A stretch of 32,050 bases of DNA, from contig PIYJ01000001.1 of assembly GCA_003601725.1 (NCBI GenBank), forward strand, positions 1 to 32,050, written 5' to 3'. The notes under the pieces were generated by a model. It did not search any database. It saw nothing but the letters and a program-made list of their open reading frames with translations, and was not told the DNA's origin. Below, one piece after another: positions 8,660 through 17,151 of the stretch (its first letter is position 1; each line of letters starts with the position of its first letter). The position numbers and the translations under genes are program-made. Source of the DNA: Candidatus Bathyarchaeota archaeon. Lineage in GTDB: Archaea; Thermoproteota; Bathyarchaeia; Bathyarchaeales; DTEX01.

Positions 8660-9827
8660 GTGTATCCCTCACAGCTTTTATCGCATCCTCAATTTTTGTT
8701 TCATCAATAAAGATGTTTATAGTAGACTTACTAGTCGTGACCTCAATTATATTTATTTTTTCAGATGCCAATGCCTCGGATATCTTAGCGATCCAACCGG
8801 GAGAATCCACAAAGGCGGGATGAGTCAACTCTATCAAGCCGACATTGCTTCTACAGCTCAGAGCTTTGCACACACCTAAACTGTGCAGATCCTTCAATAG
8901 AGCATTCAGATTTTCAGATGATGTGAAAACTGTCAACGAGACTCTTCCCGTGCTTATACCGTATAATGGCCTATCTTTGAAAGAGGCGATGATCTTGCTT
9001 ATAACCTCAGGTTCAATATTACAGACGAGGCTAACAGCGGAGAGGCCTTTCCTCTCAGAGACCTCGAAAGAATCAGAGTTGAACACGCCCGTAATCTCCG
9101 TTCCACCTGAAAGACTTCTACTAGAGAAGCTTACAATCTTCAACTTTTGATTAGGTAACTTATACTTCAAAGCCTCTGCTTTTATGACCTTTGCACCTCC
9201 ATATGAGAGAGCGAACATCTCGTGAATGTCAAGTTTACTTAGCGGCTTCGCATCCGCTATTATCTTAGGATCCGCTGACATAACTCCTTCCGTCTCCTTG
9301 ACAAGCACAACCTCATCAGCATTCAGGCAATTCGCAAGCACCATCGCGGTTGTATCGCTTCCTCCTCTACCCAGAGTAGTCACTCTTCCCTTCTCGTCTC
9401 GTCCGAGAAAACCGCAAATCACAACGATCTTCTCCCCAAGCATAGGCTCCACAAACCGTTTGACGCGTTCACAAGTCTTCTTCATATCCGGGGAGGCATT
9501 CTTAAAGTCGGAAGTAGTTATAATCGGCCATTCCTTGCTGTTTGGCTCTATATATATGGCGTCTGCGCCTAGGGATCTTAAAGCGGAACAGAAGATGCGG
9601 GCGCTCATCCTTTCACCCATCGAGACGATCTCAGCATAATCTTGATCATCAACGCCGCCTATCTCCGAAACGACCTTGATCAGACTGTCAGTTGCCCCCT
9701 TCATCGCAGAGACAACGACGACGATCTCATCATAATTCGACTCCAGAACCTTTTTGGCGGCTTCTCTGATCTTAGGACCTGAAGCAAGATCAGCTCCACC
9801 GAACTTTATGACCGCTCTGGCTCCCAA
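8649..9827 (-). CDS. lysC: Aspartate kinase
   Basis: Amino-acid-kinase fold (IKFGGADL, GRGGSDTTA) with C-terminal ACT-like repeats. TTG start preceded by GGGGAGG. Confidence 0.9.
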   Translation of the reverse strand: MGARAVIKFGGADLASGPKIREAAKKVLESNYDEIVVVVSAMKGATDSLIKVVSEIGGVDDQDYAEIVSMGERMSARIFCSALRSLGADAIYIEPNSKEWPIITTSDFKNASPDMKKTCERVKRFVEPMLGEKIVVICGFLGRDEKGRVTTLGRGGSDTTAMVLANCLNADEVVLVKETEGVMSADPKIIADAKPLSKLDIHEMFALSYGGAKVIKAEALKYKLPNQKLKIVSFSSRSLSGGTEITGVFNSDSFEVSERKGLSAVSLVCNIEPEVISKIIASFKDRPLYGISTGRVSLTVFTSSENLNALLKDLHSLGVCKALSCRSNVGLIELTHPAFVDSPGWIAKISEALASEKINIIEVTTSKSTINIFIDETKIEDAIKAVRDTLET

Positions 9828-9860
9828 TCTCTCAGCTGCCTCCCCGCTTGAAACAGAATG

Positions 9861-10649
9861 TTAACTCAAGACATCATCCATACTGTAGACACCGGGTCTA
9901 GTCTGTTTGCTCACCCATTCAGCCGCATACAGAGCTCCCTGAGCAAATACGCTTCGTGAGAAAGCTACGTGTTCAATACGAATCATCTCATGAGCCCCAG
10001 CGATTATTACGTCATGAACACCGGGAACCCCACCTGCCCTCACGGAGAGAATCTCTAATTCCTCCGGCTTTCTTATGCTTACGCCTTCTCTTCCATGTAT
10101 GACTGAGCTATATCCACGGGCTTCTGAGATAAGCTCCCCCAGCTTCTTCGCAGTTCCGCTTGGAGCGTCCTTCTTGCCTGTGTGATGAACCTCAATTACG
10201 CTGAAATCGTAGTTAGGCGGTAAAAGCCTCAACGTCTTTATCATCTTAAATAGAATATTTACGCCGATGGCATAGTTGGGCGAGATCACGGCGGGAACCT
10301 TATCCATAATCGCATTTTTTACTATTTGCATCTGCTCATCTGTTAGTCCCGTTGTCCCCATGACGATTCGTTTTCCCAGATCTGCCACTACGGGAATGTT
10401 TGAGACTTCAGCTTCCGGCGTAGTGAAAGACAGATAAACATCCGCCTGGCTCACGGCTTCCTTGAGGTTGCTCGCATCATAAATCTTAGCATCAGAGCTG
10501 CAAATCCCAGCTTCACTCAGAGTCTTGCCTACATTTGGATTTCCCGACGCCTCTACTCCGCCGACTATCTCGAATCCTCTCGCCACGGCCTCTCGAAGCA
10601 GGGTGCTGCCCATTCTTCCAGCTGCGCCGGCAACGCAGATCCTAATCAT
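9861..10649 (-). CDS. dapB: 4-hydroxy-tetrahydrodipicolinate reductase
   Basis: VAGAAGRMG Rossmann motif and the DapB signature EVHHTGKKDAPSGTA. Confidence 0.92.
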   Translation of the reverse strand: MIRICVAGAAGRMGSTLLREAVARGFEIVGGVEASGNPNVGKTLSEAGICSSDAKIYDASNLKEAVSQADVYLSFTTPEAEVSNIPVVADLGKRIVMGTTGLTDEQMQIVKNAIMDKVPAVISPNYAIGVNILFKMIKTLRLLPPNYDFSVIEVHHTGKKDAPSGTAKKLGELISEARGYSSVIHGREGVSIRKPEELEILSVRAGGVPGVHDVIIAGAHEMIRIEHVAFSRSVFAQGALYAAEWVSKQTRPGVYSMDDVLS

Positions 10650-11679
10650 ATGTTAAGCCTCGCCAGCAGTCCTCATCGTAAAGTCTCTTACCTAGATCGA
10701 CGTCGAAGAAATTCTCGATGGGCTCAAGAATCTCCGGGGTCTTTTCATAGACTGTTCTCGCAGTGTTCAAGACTACTTGTAGACCTTTCTTTGTCATCTT
10801 CCCTAATGGCCGTCTACAGGGACCGGAAGGCATGCCCAGTATATTCATTAACGTCTTATAGGGCAGAGGATTCCTAGCCTTGCAGAGAGCAGGACCATAA
10901 GGCGTCTCCTCCTCAGTCTTCACCGTGACCATTGAGAATAGAGGCCTAAGCGCCTTGTAGAGCCTTTCAGACTCCTCAACATTTCCTTCTAAAGTAGCTT
11001 TGACGAATCTTTGGATCGGCCCGGGGGCAACGTTCGAAGCGACTGATATTACGCCGCTTGCCCTTATCTCGGGGTCTTTCATCATGGCATATGTTTTATC
11101 GTCGTCTCCAGAGAGTATGTCAAAGTCTTCTCCGCAAAGCCTTCTTGTCAATCTCATATTATCAAAGTTACCCGTCGCCTCTTTCACAGCTCTCACATTC
11201 TCAAACTCCGAGTGGAGAATCGCGAGGTCTTGCGGTAGAAGCTGCGTTCCACTTCTGCCAGGTATCACATAGGGGATTATCTGGACGTGGGGAAATTCTC
11301 GGGCGATAGGTTCAACATATTCCTTCCTTATCTCAAGCGAGCTCGGCCCATTATAATATGGATCTACAAGCAGGACGCATTTGACTCCGAAGTCAGAGAC
11401 TTCCCGTGTTGCTTCAAGCGACTCATGCGTATTGTTGCTTCCGGTTCCTCCTATTGTAAGAAACCTCTCTTTAGAGAACTCGTGAACCTTTCTAATTACT
11501 TCTATATGTTCCTCCCAATTTAATGTTGGGCTTTCACCTGTTGTTCCAACAGCTAGAACCCCGCTTACGCCTTGTTCCGATTGGAACTCTACAAGTTGTT
11601 CAAGGCCCTCATAATCGACCTCCAAATTTTTCTTCATCGGAGTAATCGTCGCCGTGTAGCATCCGCTAAATTTGTGCAA
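10642..11679 (-). CDS. dapA: 4-hydroxy-tetrahydrodipicolinate synthase (long form, 345 aa)
   Basis: TPM...VDYEGL, GTTGES and the Schiff-base lysine region AVKEATGN. TTG start preceded by GAGAGGTG; overlaps the dapB start by 8 nt. About 45 extra C-terminal residues compared with typical DapA. Confidence 0.88.
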   Translation of the reverse strand: MHKFSGCYTATITPMKKNLEVDYEGLEQLVEFQSEQGVSGVLAVGTTGESPTLNWEEHIEVIRKVHEFSKERFLTIGGTGSNNTHESLEATREVSDFGVKCVLLVDPYYNGPSSLEIRKEYVEPIAREFPHVQIIPYVIPGRSGTQLLPQDLAILHSEFENVRAVKEATGNFDNMRLTRRLCGEDFDILSGDDDKTYAMMKDPEIRASGVISVASNVAPGPIQRFVKATLEGNVEESERLYKALRPLFSMVTVKTEEETPYGPALCKARNPLPYKTLMNILGMPSGPCRRPLGKMTKKGLQVVLNTARTVYEKTPEILEPIENFFDVDLGKRLYDEDCWRGLTYD

Positions 11680-11736
11680 TTAAATACACCTCTCTACTTT
11701 GGTGAGGGGGAGGTTATTTATGTTTTTCGTTTCATT

Positions 11737-11753
11737 TTTACGAATTTCGTAAA
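11737..11753. promoter_or_regulatory. Perfect 8+1+8 palindrome TTTACGAATTTCGTAAA upstream of the lys operon (candidate operator)
   Basis: Read directly from the sequence. It lies 58-74 nt upstream of the dapA TTG and just upstream of a TATA-like CATAAATAA on the minus strand. A near copy sits at the Lrp gene promoter (17152-17168). Confidence 0.35.
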
Positions 11754-12275
11754 CTGAATGCGAACTTTCTAAATTTCATCCATCCGCTTAAATATGAAGA
11801 TAAAAAATCTGTTCAAGATAAATGTCAGACGCTCGAATTTCAGGTTCCAACCTTCCGTTCGCTAATGCTTAATAGATCCTCATCAAGTTTAAAATGATCA
11901 ATTCAAGAAGGCGATCTAGAAATGGCGAGAACTGCTAGGAAGGTTGAACTCGACGTTCAGATGATGGCTAACTTGATAAGACGCTTATATAAAGAGAAAC
12001 GTAAAGCAAACCGATATTAGATCTATAGAATCCCATTCAGATGAGAAGCTAGGATCATGGACGTAAATCCCTTGGCATTCCAAGATTTAATGTGATCCAA
12101 TCACGAATCATATCCGCAGTTTACTGCTTTACGTAATGAACTAGACGTGGAATTATTAATAATATTCTTAAAAACTCTATTCTCTTAATTAATATCTCAG
12201 AGCGACCGGAGAAGGGGAGTCTGACTAACGGGAATTGAGGGTTTAGAAAAAATATTCAATCCCAGACGTGTAGCG

Positions 12276-14909
12276 GTGATAGGAGCAAGCAATAAAGAAG
12301 GCTCCGTGGGTTATAAGCTTCTGAACAACCTGATAGGGGTAGGATTCAAAGGGTTCGTATATCCAGTTAACCCCTTCAGTCCAAGCGTGCAAGGCTTAAC
12401 GGCTTATCCCAGCGTAAAGAAGATTCCGTGGCATGTTGACCTTGCAATAATCGCGACGCCTGCGCATATAGTCCCCCAAGTCGTTGAGGAATGCGGGGAA
12501 GCCGGGGTCAAGGGAATCATAATCGTCTCATCAGGGTTCGGCGAAGCCGGCTTGAATGGGAAGGCACTTGAAGAGCAAGTCTTAAAGCTGAAGAACGAAT
12601 ATGATATGAGAATTATTGGTCCTAACTGCTTGGGCATAATGCATCCAAGCATCAAGCTGAACGCGACCTTCGCATATAAGATGGCTAAGCCCGGCAACAT
12701 AGCTTTCGTATCTCAAAGCGGGGCGCTCTGCGCCTCGGTTTTAGATTGGGCTTCTCAAGCAAACGTTGGGTTCAGCTATTTCGTCTCTGTTGGTTCCATG
12801 CTTGACGTGGACTTTGCTGATCTAATAGATTATTTTGGAGCTGATCCGGAAACCAGAAGCATAGTGCTCTTTATTGAATCCATAAGGAATGCTAGAAAAT
12901 TCATGAGTGCCGCTAGGAGATTCGCCGGCACCAAACCTATAATTGTGATAAAGGCGGGGAGAACTCTGGAAGGCATGAAGGCAGCCGCATCTCATACAGG
13001 AGCCATCATAGGCGAAGACGCCATCTACGATGCGGCTTTTAAAAGGGTCGGCATCATCCGCGTTGAAGGCATATCTGATCTTTTCAACTGCGCAGGGATC
13101 CTCGCCATGCAGCCGATCCCAAAGGGTCCGAGACTACTGATAATTACGAATGCGGGAGGCCCCGGCGTGATGGCAACCGACTTTCTTGTATCCAAAGGGG
13201 GGAAACTCGCGTTTTTGAGCGATGAGACTCGGAGACTGCTTGATGAAGTCTTACCTTCTTATTGGAGCAAGTCTAATCCCGTTGACGTTTGCGAGGATGC
13301 CACAGCAGAGAGGTTTAGGAGAGTCTTTGACATATGCTTTAATGAGAAAAATGCTGATGGGTTTCTCGTAATTTACACTCCTATAGGAGCCGCGAGTCCA
13401 TCTGAGACGGCGGAGATCTTGGTCGAGGCTTCAAAGGGAGTTGAGAGACCCATTCTTACATCTTGGCTGGGAGAGGAGGATGTCAGGGAGGCAAGAGGCA
13501 TTCTGCAGAGAAATGGGATTCCGACTTATTCGACGCCTGAAGAGGCCATATCGACATTCATGTATATGTATCAGTATGCGAGGAACCTTGAACTTCTATA
13601 TGAGACTCCGAGGGAACTGCCGGTAAGCATGTCGATTGACAAGCAGCGTCTAATGGGGTTGATAGAGAAAGCCTTCAATGAAGAGAGGGAGCTCTTGACT
13701 GAGCTTGAATCAAAAGAGTTTCTGAGGGCTTACGGCATCCCAACCGTTGAGACTTATTTGGCGAGGTCTCCGGAAGAAGCTGCTTCAATCGCTTCTCGCA
13801 TAGGGTATCCGGTTGTGATGAAGATCATCTCTCCTCAAGTGGCACATAAGACTGACGTAGACGGGGTGATCTTGAACATCAATTCGGAAAGCAACGTGAA
13901 GAGATGCTTCAAAGAGCTAATAGAACGGGTTAGACGGCGGGATTCTTCAATTCGAATCGACGGCGTATCCGTTCAGCCCATGGTCAAAAAGGACGGCTTT
14001 GAGCTAATAATAGGATCAAAAAAGGATTCCCTGTTTGGCTCAGTCATAATTTTTGGAGCTGGAGGAATAGGAGTAGAGCTTTTCAATGATATTTCTATTG
14101 GATTCCCACCTTTGAATCAGATTCTCGCCAAAAGGATGATGGAGCAGACCAAAATCTATAAGATCCTTCTCTCCGGATACCGAGGCAGACCGCCGGCTAA
14201 TACGGCTCTTCTCGAAGAGATTCTTGTCAGATTTTCCCAGATGATAATCGACTTTCCGCAGATAAAAGAGGTGGATATAAATCCCATCGTGGTTGACGAT
14301 AGAGAAGCTGTTGTTTTAGACGCAAGGATAATCATTGACAAAGAATGCCTTCTAGGCGAAATCAAACCCTATGAGCATTTGGCGATCAGACCCTATCCAA
14401 CGAAGTACGTGAAGAAAATTACGCTTAAAGATGGAGGACCCGTTTTGATTCGACCTATTAAGCCCGAGGATGAACCGTTAATCAATGATCTTTTCAACAC
14501 ATTTTCAGAAGAGACCATGAGATTCAGATTCTTCCGCTTAATAAAAGACATTTCCCATGAAATGTTAGCGAGCTACTGCAACATCGATTATTCTAGGGAG
14601 GTCTCTCTAGTCGCAGAGGAATCGGAGAATAACTCTAATAGAATCATCGGAATGGCCCGATTGGTCGTTGAGCCGGACGGCGAAAGAGGAGAGATCGCCA
14701 TCGTTGTTGGCGATCCATGGCAGAATCTCGGTTTAGGAACCCAGCTGCTTGACCATATTATCGATGTGGGGAAAGACCTAAATTTGAAGACGATATTCGG
14801 CGAGATTCTCGCTGAGAACACTAAAATGATTCACTTATGTTACAAGAGAGGATTCAAGATTGAACAAATCGACGAGGAGAGCTATCTGGCCTCCTTAGAT
14901 CTCGCTTAA
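12276..14909 (+). CDS. Pat-like fusion: NDP-forming acyl-CoA synthetase (CoA-binding, ligase and ATP-grasp domains) plus C-terminal GNAT acetyltransferase
   Basis: GPNCLG, SQSGAL and SHTGAIIG (phospho-His region), an ATP-grasp segment, and a C-terminal GNAT acetyl-CoA motif (PWQNLGLGTQLL). The conserved N-terminus appears to continue upstream of GTG 12276 (see findings). Confidence 0.85.
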   Translation: MIGASNKEGSVGYKLLNNLIGVGFKGFVYPVNPFSPSVQGLTAYPSVKKIPWHVDLAIIATPAHIVPQVVEECGEAGVKGIIIVSSGFGEAGLNGKALEEQVLKLKNEYDMRIIGPNCLGIMHPSIKLNATFAYKMAKPGNIAFVSQSGALCASVLDWASQANVGFSYFVSVGSMLDVDFADLIDYFGADPETRSIVLFIESIRNARKFMSAARRFAGTKPIIVIKAGRTLEGMKAAASHTGAIIGEDAIYDAAFKRVGIIRVEGISDLFNCAGILAMQPIPKGPRLLIITNAGGPGVMATDFLVSKGGKLAFLSDETRRLLDEVLPSYWSKSNPVDVCEDATAERFRRVFDICFNEKNADGFLVIYTPIGAASPSETAEILVEASKGVERPILTSWLGEEDVREARGILQRNGIPTYSTPEEAISTFMYMYQYARNLELLYETPRELPVSMSIDKQRLMGLIEKAFNEERELLTELESKEFLRAYGIPTVETYLARSPEEAASIASRIGYPVVMKIISPQVAHKTDVDGVILNINSESNVKRCFKELIERVRRRDSSIRIDGVSVQPMVKKDGFELIIGSKKDSLFGSVIIFGAGGIGVELFNDISIGFPPLNQILAKRMMEQTKIYKILLSGYRGRPPANTALLEEILVRFSQMIIDFPQIKEVDINPIVVDDREAVVLDARIIIDKECLLGEIKPYEHLAIRPYPTKYVKKITLKDGGPVLIRPIKPEDEPLINDLFNTFSEETMRFRFFRLIKDISHEMLASYCNIDYSREVSLVAEESENNSNRIIGMARLVVEPDGERGEIAIVVGDPWQNLGLGTQLLDHIIDVGKDLNLKTIFGEILAENTKMIHLCYKRGFKIEQIDEESYLASLDLA

Positions 14910-14984
14910 AAGAGAGAAGAAATTACTCATGAAAGATAAAAAAGGCTTGCTTCTGACGCCCCCGAGACCTCCGTAGGAAACGAT

Positions 14985-15245
14985 TCATTCTATAAATTTC
15001 TTAACAGTCTTTAAGGCTTGGAGGAATTCTCCACCCCGTTCAGTGATCCTATAATGCGGCCTATCACCCAGGTTTATGGTCTTTAGAAGACCGCGTGAGA
15101 TTAGGAACTCGACGATCTTTCTCGTCCGGTCAACTGGAAGTCCAGCGCCATAGGAGAGCCTCGTAATCGAGCAAGCCTTCTTTTTTCTAATAGTCTCTAA
15201 GACATCAAGATAAATATCGTACCGCGTTCTCTTCTGCAACATCAT
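14985..15245 (-). CDS. Small winged-helix DNA-binding protein (about 86 aa)
   Basis: MMLQKRTRYDIYLDVLETIRKKKACSITRLSYGAGLPVDRTRKIVEFLISRGLL...YRITERGGEFL fits the pattern of small archaeal wHTH proteins. Start chosen at ATG 15245, 13 nt after the upstream gene's stop; the longer ORF would overlap that gene. Confidence 0.7.
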   Translation of the reverse strand: MMLQKRTRYDIYLDVLETIRKKKACSITRLSYGAGLPVDRTRKIVEFLISRGLLKTINLGDRPHYRITERGGEFLQALKTVKKFIE

Positions 15246-15258
15246 CACGAATGAGATT

Positions 15259-16536
15259 TCAGATCGGTGGAGGGGGAAGCCTCTCAGTCTTCTCCGGCTC
15301 CCTAGCGAAGTGCACATCTTCTTCTTTTCGTAGCTCCTCCGTGTATTTAATCTCCCCCGCTATTCTGCAACCCCTCTCCAAGTATATATTTTTAGCATAT
15401 ACGTTTCTCGCTTTTGATCTTTCCTCCATCGTCACGAAGTCCGCGTAGATGTCCTCAGCTTCAGCCCTCTCTCCGAGAAGGACCTCCTCTGCGACGACTA
15501 CTCCCATGATTTTTCCTCTCCTGCCTATTCCAACCTTGGCTGCCTTAACTCCTTCAACAGTTTCAATTCGACCTCCAACTCGGACTGAATCTTCAGCTCT
15601 AACCGTTCGGGCCTTAACTGAGCCTCCTACTGATACAGAGTTGGCTTTGAGGGCTTCACCTACTTCGACTTTCCCTCCGACATTCAGCTTATCCGTCAAA
15701 GTAAGGTTTTTCCCTATCTTTAAGGTTCCACCGATATCGATGGATCCGCCTTCAGCATCTCCGCTAATACTCACTGTTCCGCCAACATCGATATCCAAAA
15801 ACTTCAGGTCGCCATTCACCCTCAGAGTTCCACCGACATCAATTGACCCAAGGGACAGTGTGCTGTTCGACTCAAATGTTCCCCCGACGATTATTCTTTC
15901 TTTTACTTCACCGCCAGCAACCCTCACCTTCCCCCCAACATGAAGTTTCTCAATCGAGACTTCAGATTCCGAGATGAATGTCCCACCGACCTTAACTCTT
16001 TCAACTTGGACTTCTCCTCCTCTGAATGCCCCTCCAACGCTTACCTCAGTCGCCTTTATTCTGCCCTCTATCTTAACGGTTCCACCTGCCTCAATCTGCT
16101 CTGCTTCGACATCGCCTTGAGCCTCGAATGAGCCTCCTACCTCTATTTTCCCTCCTTTTGTGTCGCCTTCAACCTTTATCTTCCCGCCTACTTCTATGCT
16201 CTCCACGGAGAGGTTCTTTCCCACAAGGACCGCTCGGTCAACCTCAATGTTTTTCGCCGATAGGTCTCCCCTAACCTCTAATCCTCCATCATGGATTCTG
16301 ATGGATCGTTCAACTGAGAGATCACCATCAACAGTTAAATCGCCCCGCCTTCCCCTAATCAAGCCGGCGGAGAGGCTGCACTTAAATGTGCAGTCACCTA
16401 CATACTGAACCGTCCCTCGAACCTCAACCTTCTCAGAATCCCCAGCTCTCACGCAAGCCCCATCTGAGAGGTAAAGATCCCCCTCAACTATGCCCAACAC
16501 CATGGTAGCCCCAGCTGGTACGGTAACTCTGTTCAA
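15259..16536 (-). CDS. Bactofilin-like (polymer-forming cytoskeletal family) beta-helix repeat protein, 425 aa
   Basis: The GG dipeptide in h-x-VGG-x units starts at residues 117, 134, 151, 168, 184, 201, 218, 235, 252, 269, 287, 304 and 321, a 16-18-residue period (mostly 17). C-terminal tail is ...KTERLPPPPI. TTG start at 16536 (alternative ATG 16503). Confidence 0.7.
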   Translation of the reverse strand: MNRVTVPAGATMVLGIVEGDLYLSDGACVRAGDSEKVEVRGTVQYVGDCTFKCSLSAGLIRGRRGDLTVDGDLSVERSIRIHDGGLEVRGDLSAKNIEVDRAVLVGKNLSVESIEVGGKIKVEGDTKGGKIEVGGSFEAQGDVEAEQIEAGGTVKIEGRIKATEVSVGGAFRGGEVQVERVKVGGTFISESEVSIEKLHVGGKVRVAGGEVKERIIVGGTFESNSTLSLGSIDVGGTLRVNGDLKFLDIDVGGTVSISGDAEGGSIDIGGTLKIGKNLTLTDKLNVGGKVEVGEALKANSVSVGGSVKARTVRAEDSVRVGGRIETVEGVKAAKVGIGRRGKIMGVVVAEEVLLGERAEAEDIYADFVTMEERSKARNVYAKNIYLERGCRIAGEIKYTEELRKEEDVHFAREPEKTERLPPPPI

Positions 16537-16570
16537 CTATTCTTCACCGCGCAAAGGTTTCCCGGATTCA

Positions 16571-16578
16571 TATATAAA
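16571..16578 (-). promoter_or_regulatory. TATA box (TTTATATA on minus strand) for the repeat-protein/wHTH operon
   Basis: CCTTTATATATG lies 35 nt upstream of TTG 16536, a geometry that would give a short 5' leader containing GGTGAAG. Confidence 0.4.
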
Positions 16579-16692
16579 GGTAGGGCACAAGATGAGAAGT
16601 CAAATTGTACTCACAAAAAGGCCGGATGAACTTAAAGAAGTAACCCTTCAGGTTTCCATATATTAACACCGCCTTATTCAAAAGACTCGCAT

Positions 16693-16890
16693 CTACATGA
16701 AAAAAGACATACAGAAATACAAAATAATAGAATCTTCCGAAGATATTACTTCATTTATGTAGAAAAATTTCCACGGCGTGAAAAGCGTTGGACCAGCTTC
16801 TTCCTCCCATGTTTCTTCAATGATCTTTCCGATTGAGAGTTCAAAGTTCTTTAAAATGCCGAGATCAGTTTTCAGCACCTTATTTTTCAT
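16693..16890 (-). CDS. Hypothetical small protein (65 aa)
   Basis: ATG preceded by a GGAG SD-like sequence (aaaGGAGttccttATG). No recognisable motif. It sits in an otherwise ORF-poor 660-bp gap. Confidence 0.3.
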   Translation of the reverse strand: MKNKVLKTDLGILKNFELSIGKIIEETWEEEAGPTLFTPWKFFYINEVISSEDSIILYFCMSFFM

Positions 16891-17151
16891 AAGGAACTCC
16901 TTTCTGGGGGCAATAAACGCACCGTTCCTTTGTGTATATCACATAAAAAGCGAACATTATCTATTTATCTTCTCTTTTTACTCTCTTAATATGAAAAATG
17001 GTTAAAAATTCACGTTTTTGATGGATAAATAATTAAATTTCCACTTCCATAAAGACTAGGTTTTTTCTTTTCAATTTAAGCATGTGAACGAATGACCTTT
17101 TTTTATGAAGACTTAATGACAAGTTTTGGGGATAATAATCTCGGAGCATCC

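Noticed and set aside
7592-9639. Multiple plus-strand ORFs (7592-7930, 7931-8263, 8301-8594, 8604-8879, 8845-9150, 9226-9639)
   Set aside because: All are antisense to the asd and lysC genes, which carry clear catalytic motifs. These are shadow ORFs.
12129-12140. 12-mer TTACGTAATGAA repeated at 22120-22131. Likewise CACGTTTTTGAT occurs at 891-902 and 17011-17022.
   Set aside because: By rough estimate, isolated exact 12-mer matches are expected many times by chance in a 32-kb AT-rich window. One copy of the first pair is inside a CDS, and there is no supporting positional logic.
15562-16209. 51-nt periodic DNA repeat; considered as a CRISPR or tandem-repeat locus
   Set aside because: The repeats are degenerate at the DNA level, have no unique spacers, and sit in one long open frame. 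This is a protein-coding repeat.
15449-16408. Plus-strand ORFs 15449-15943 (P/T/S-rich), 15940-16131 and 16160-16408
   Set aside because: They are antisense to the 17-residue-repeat gene. The periodic PPT pattern is the mirror of the VGG repeat codons, not an independent gene.
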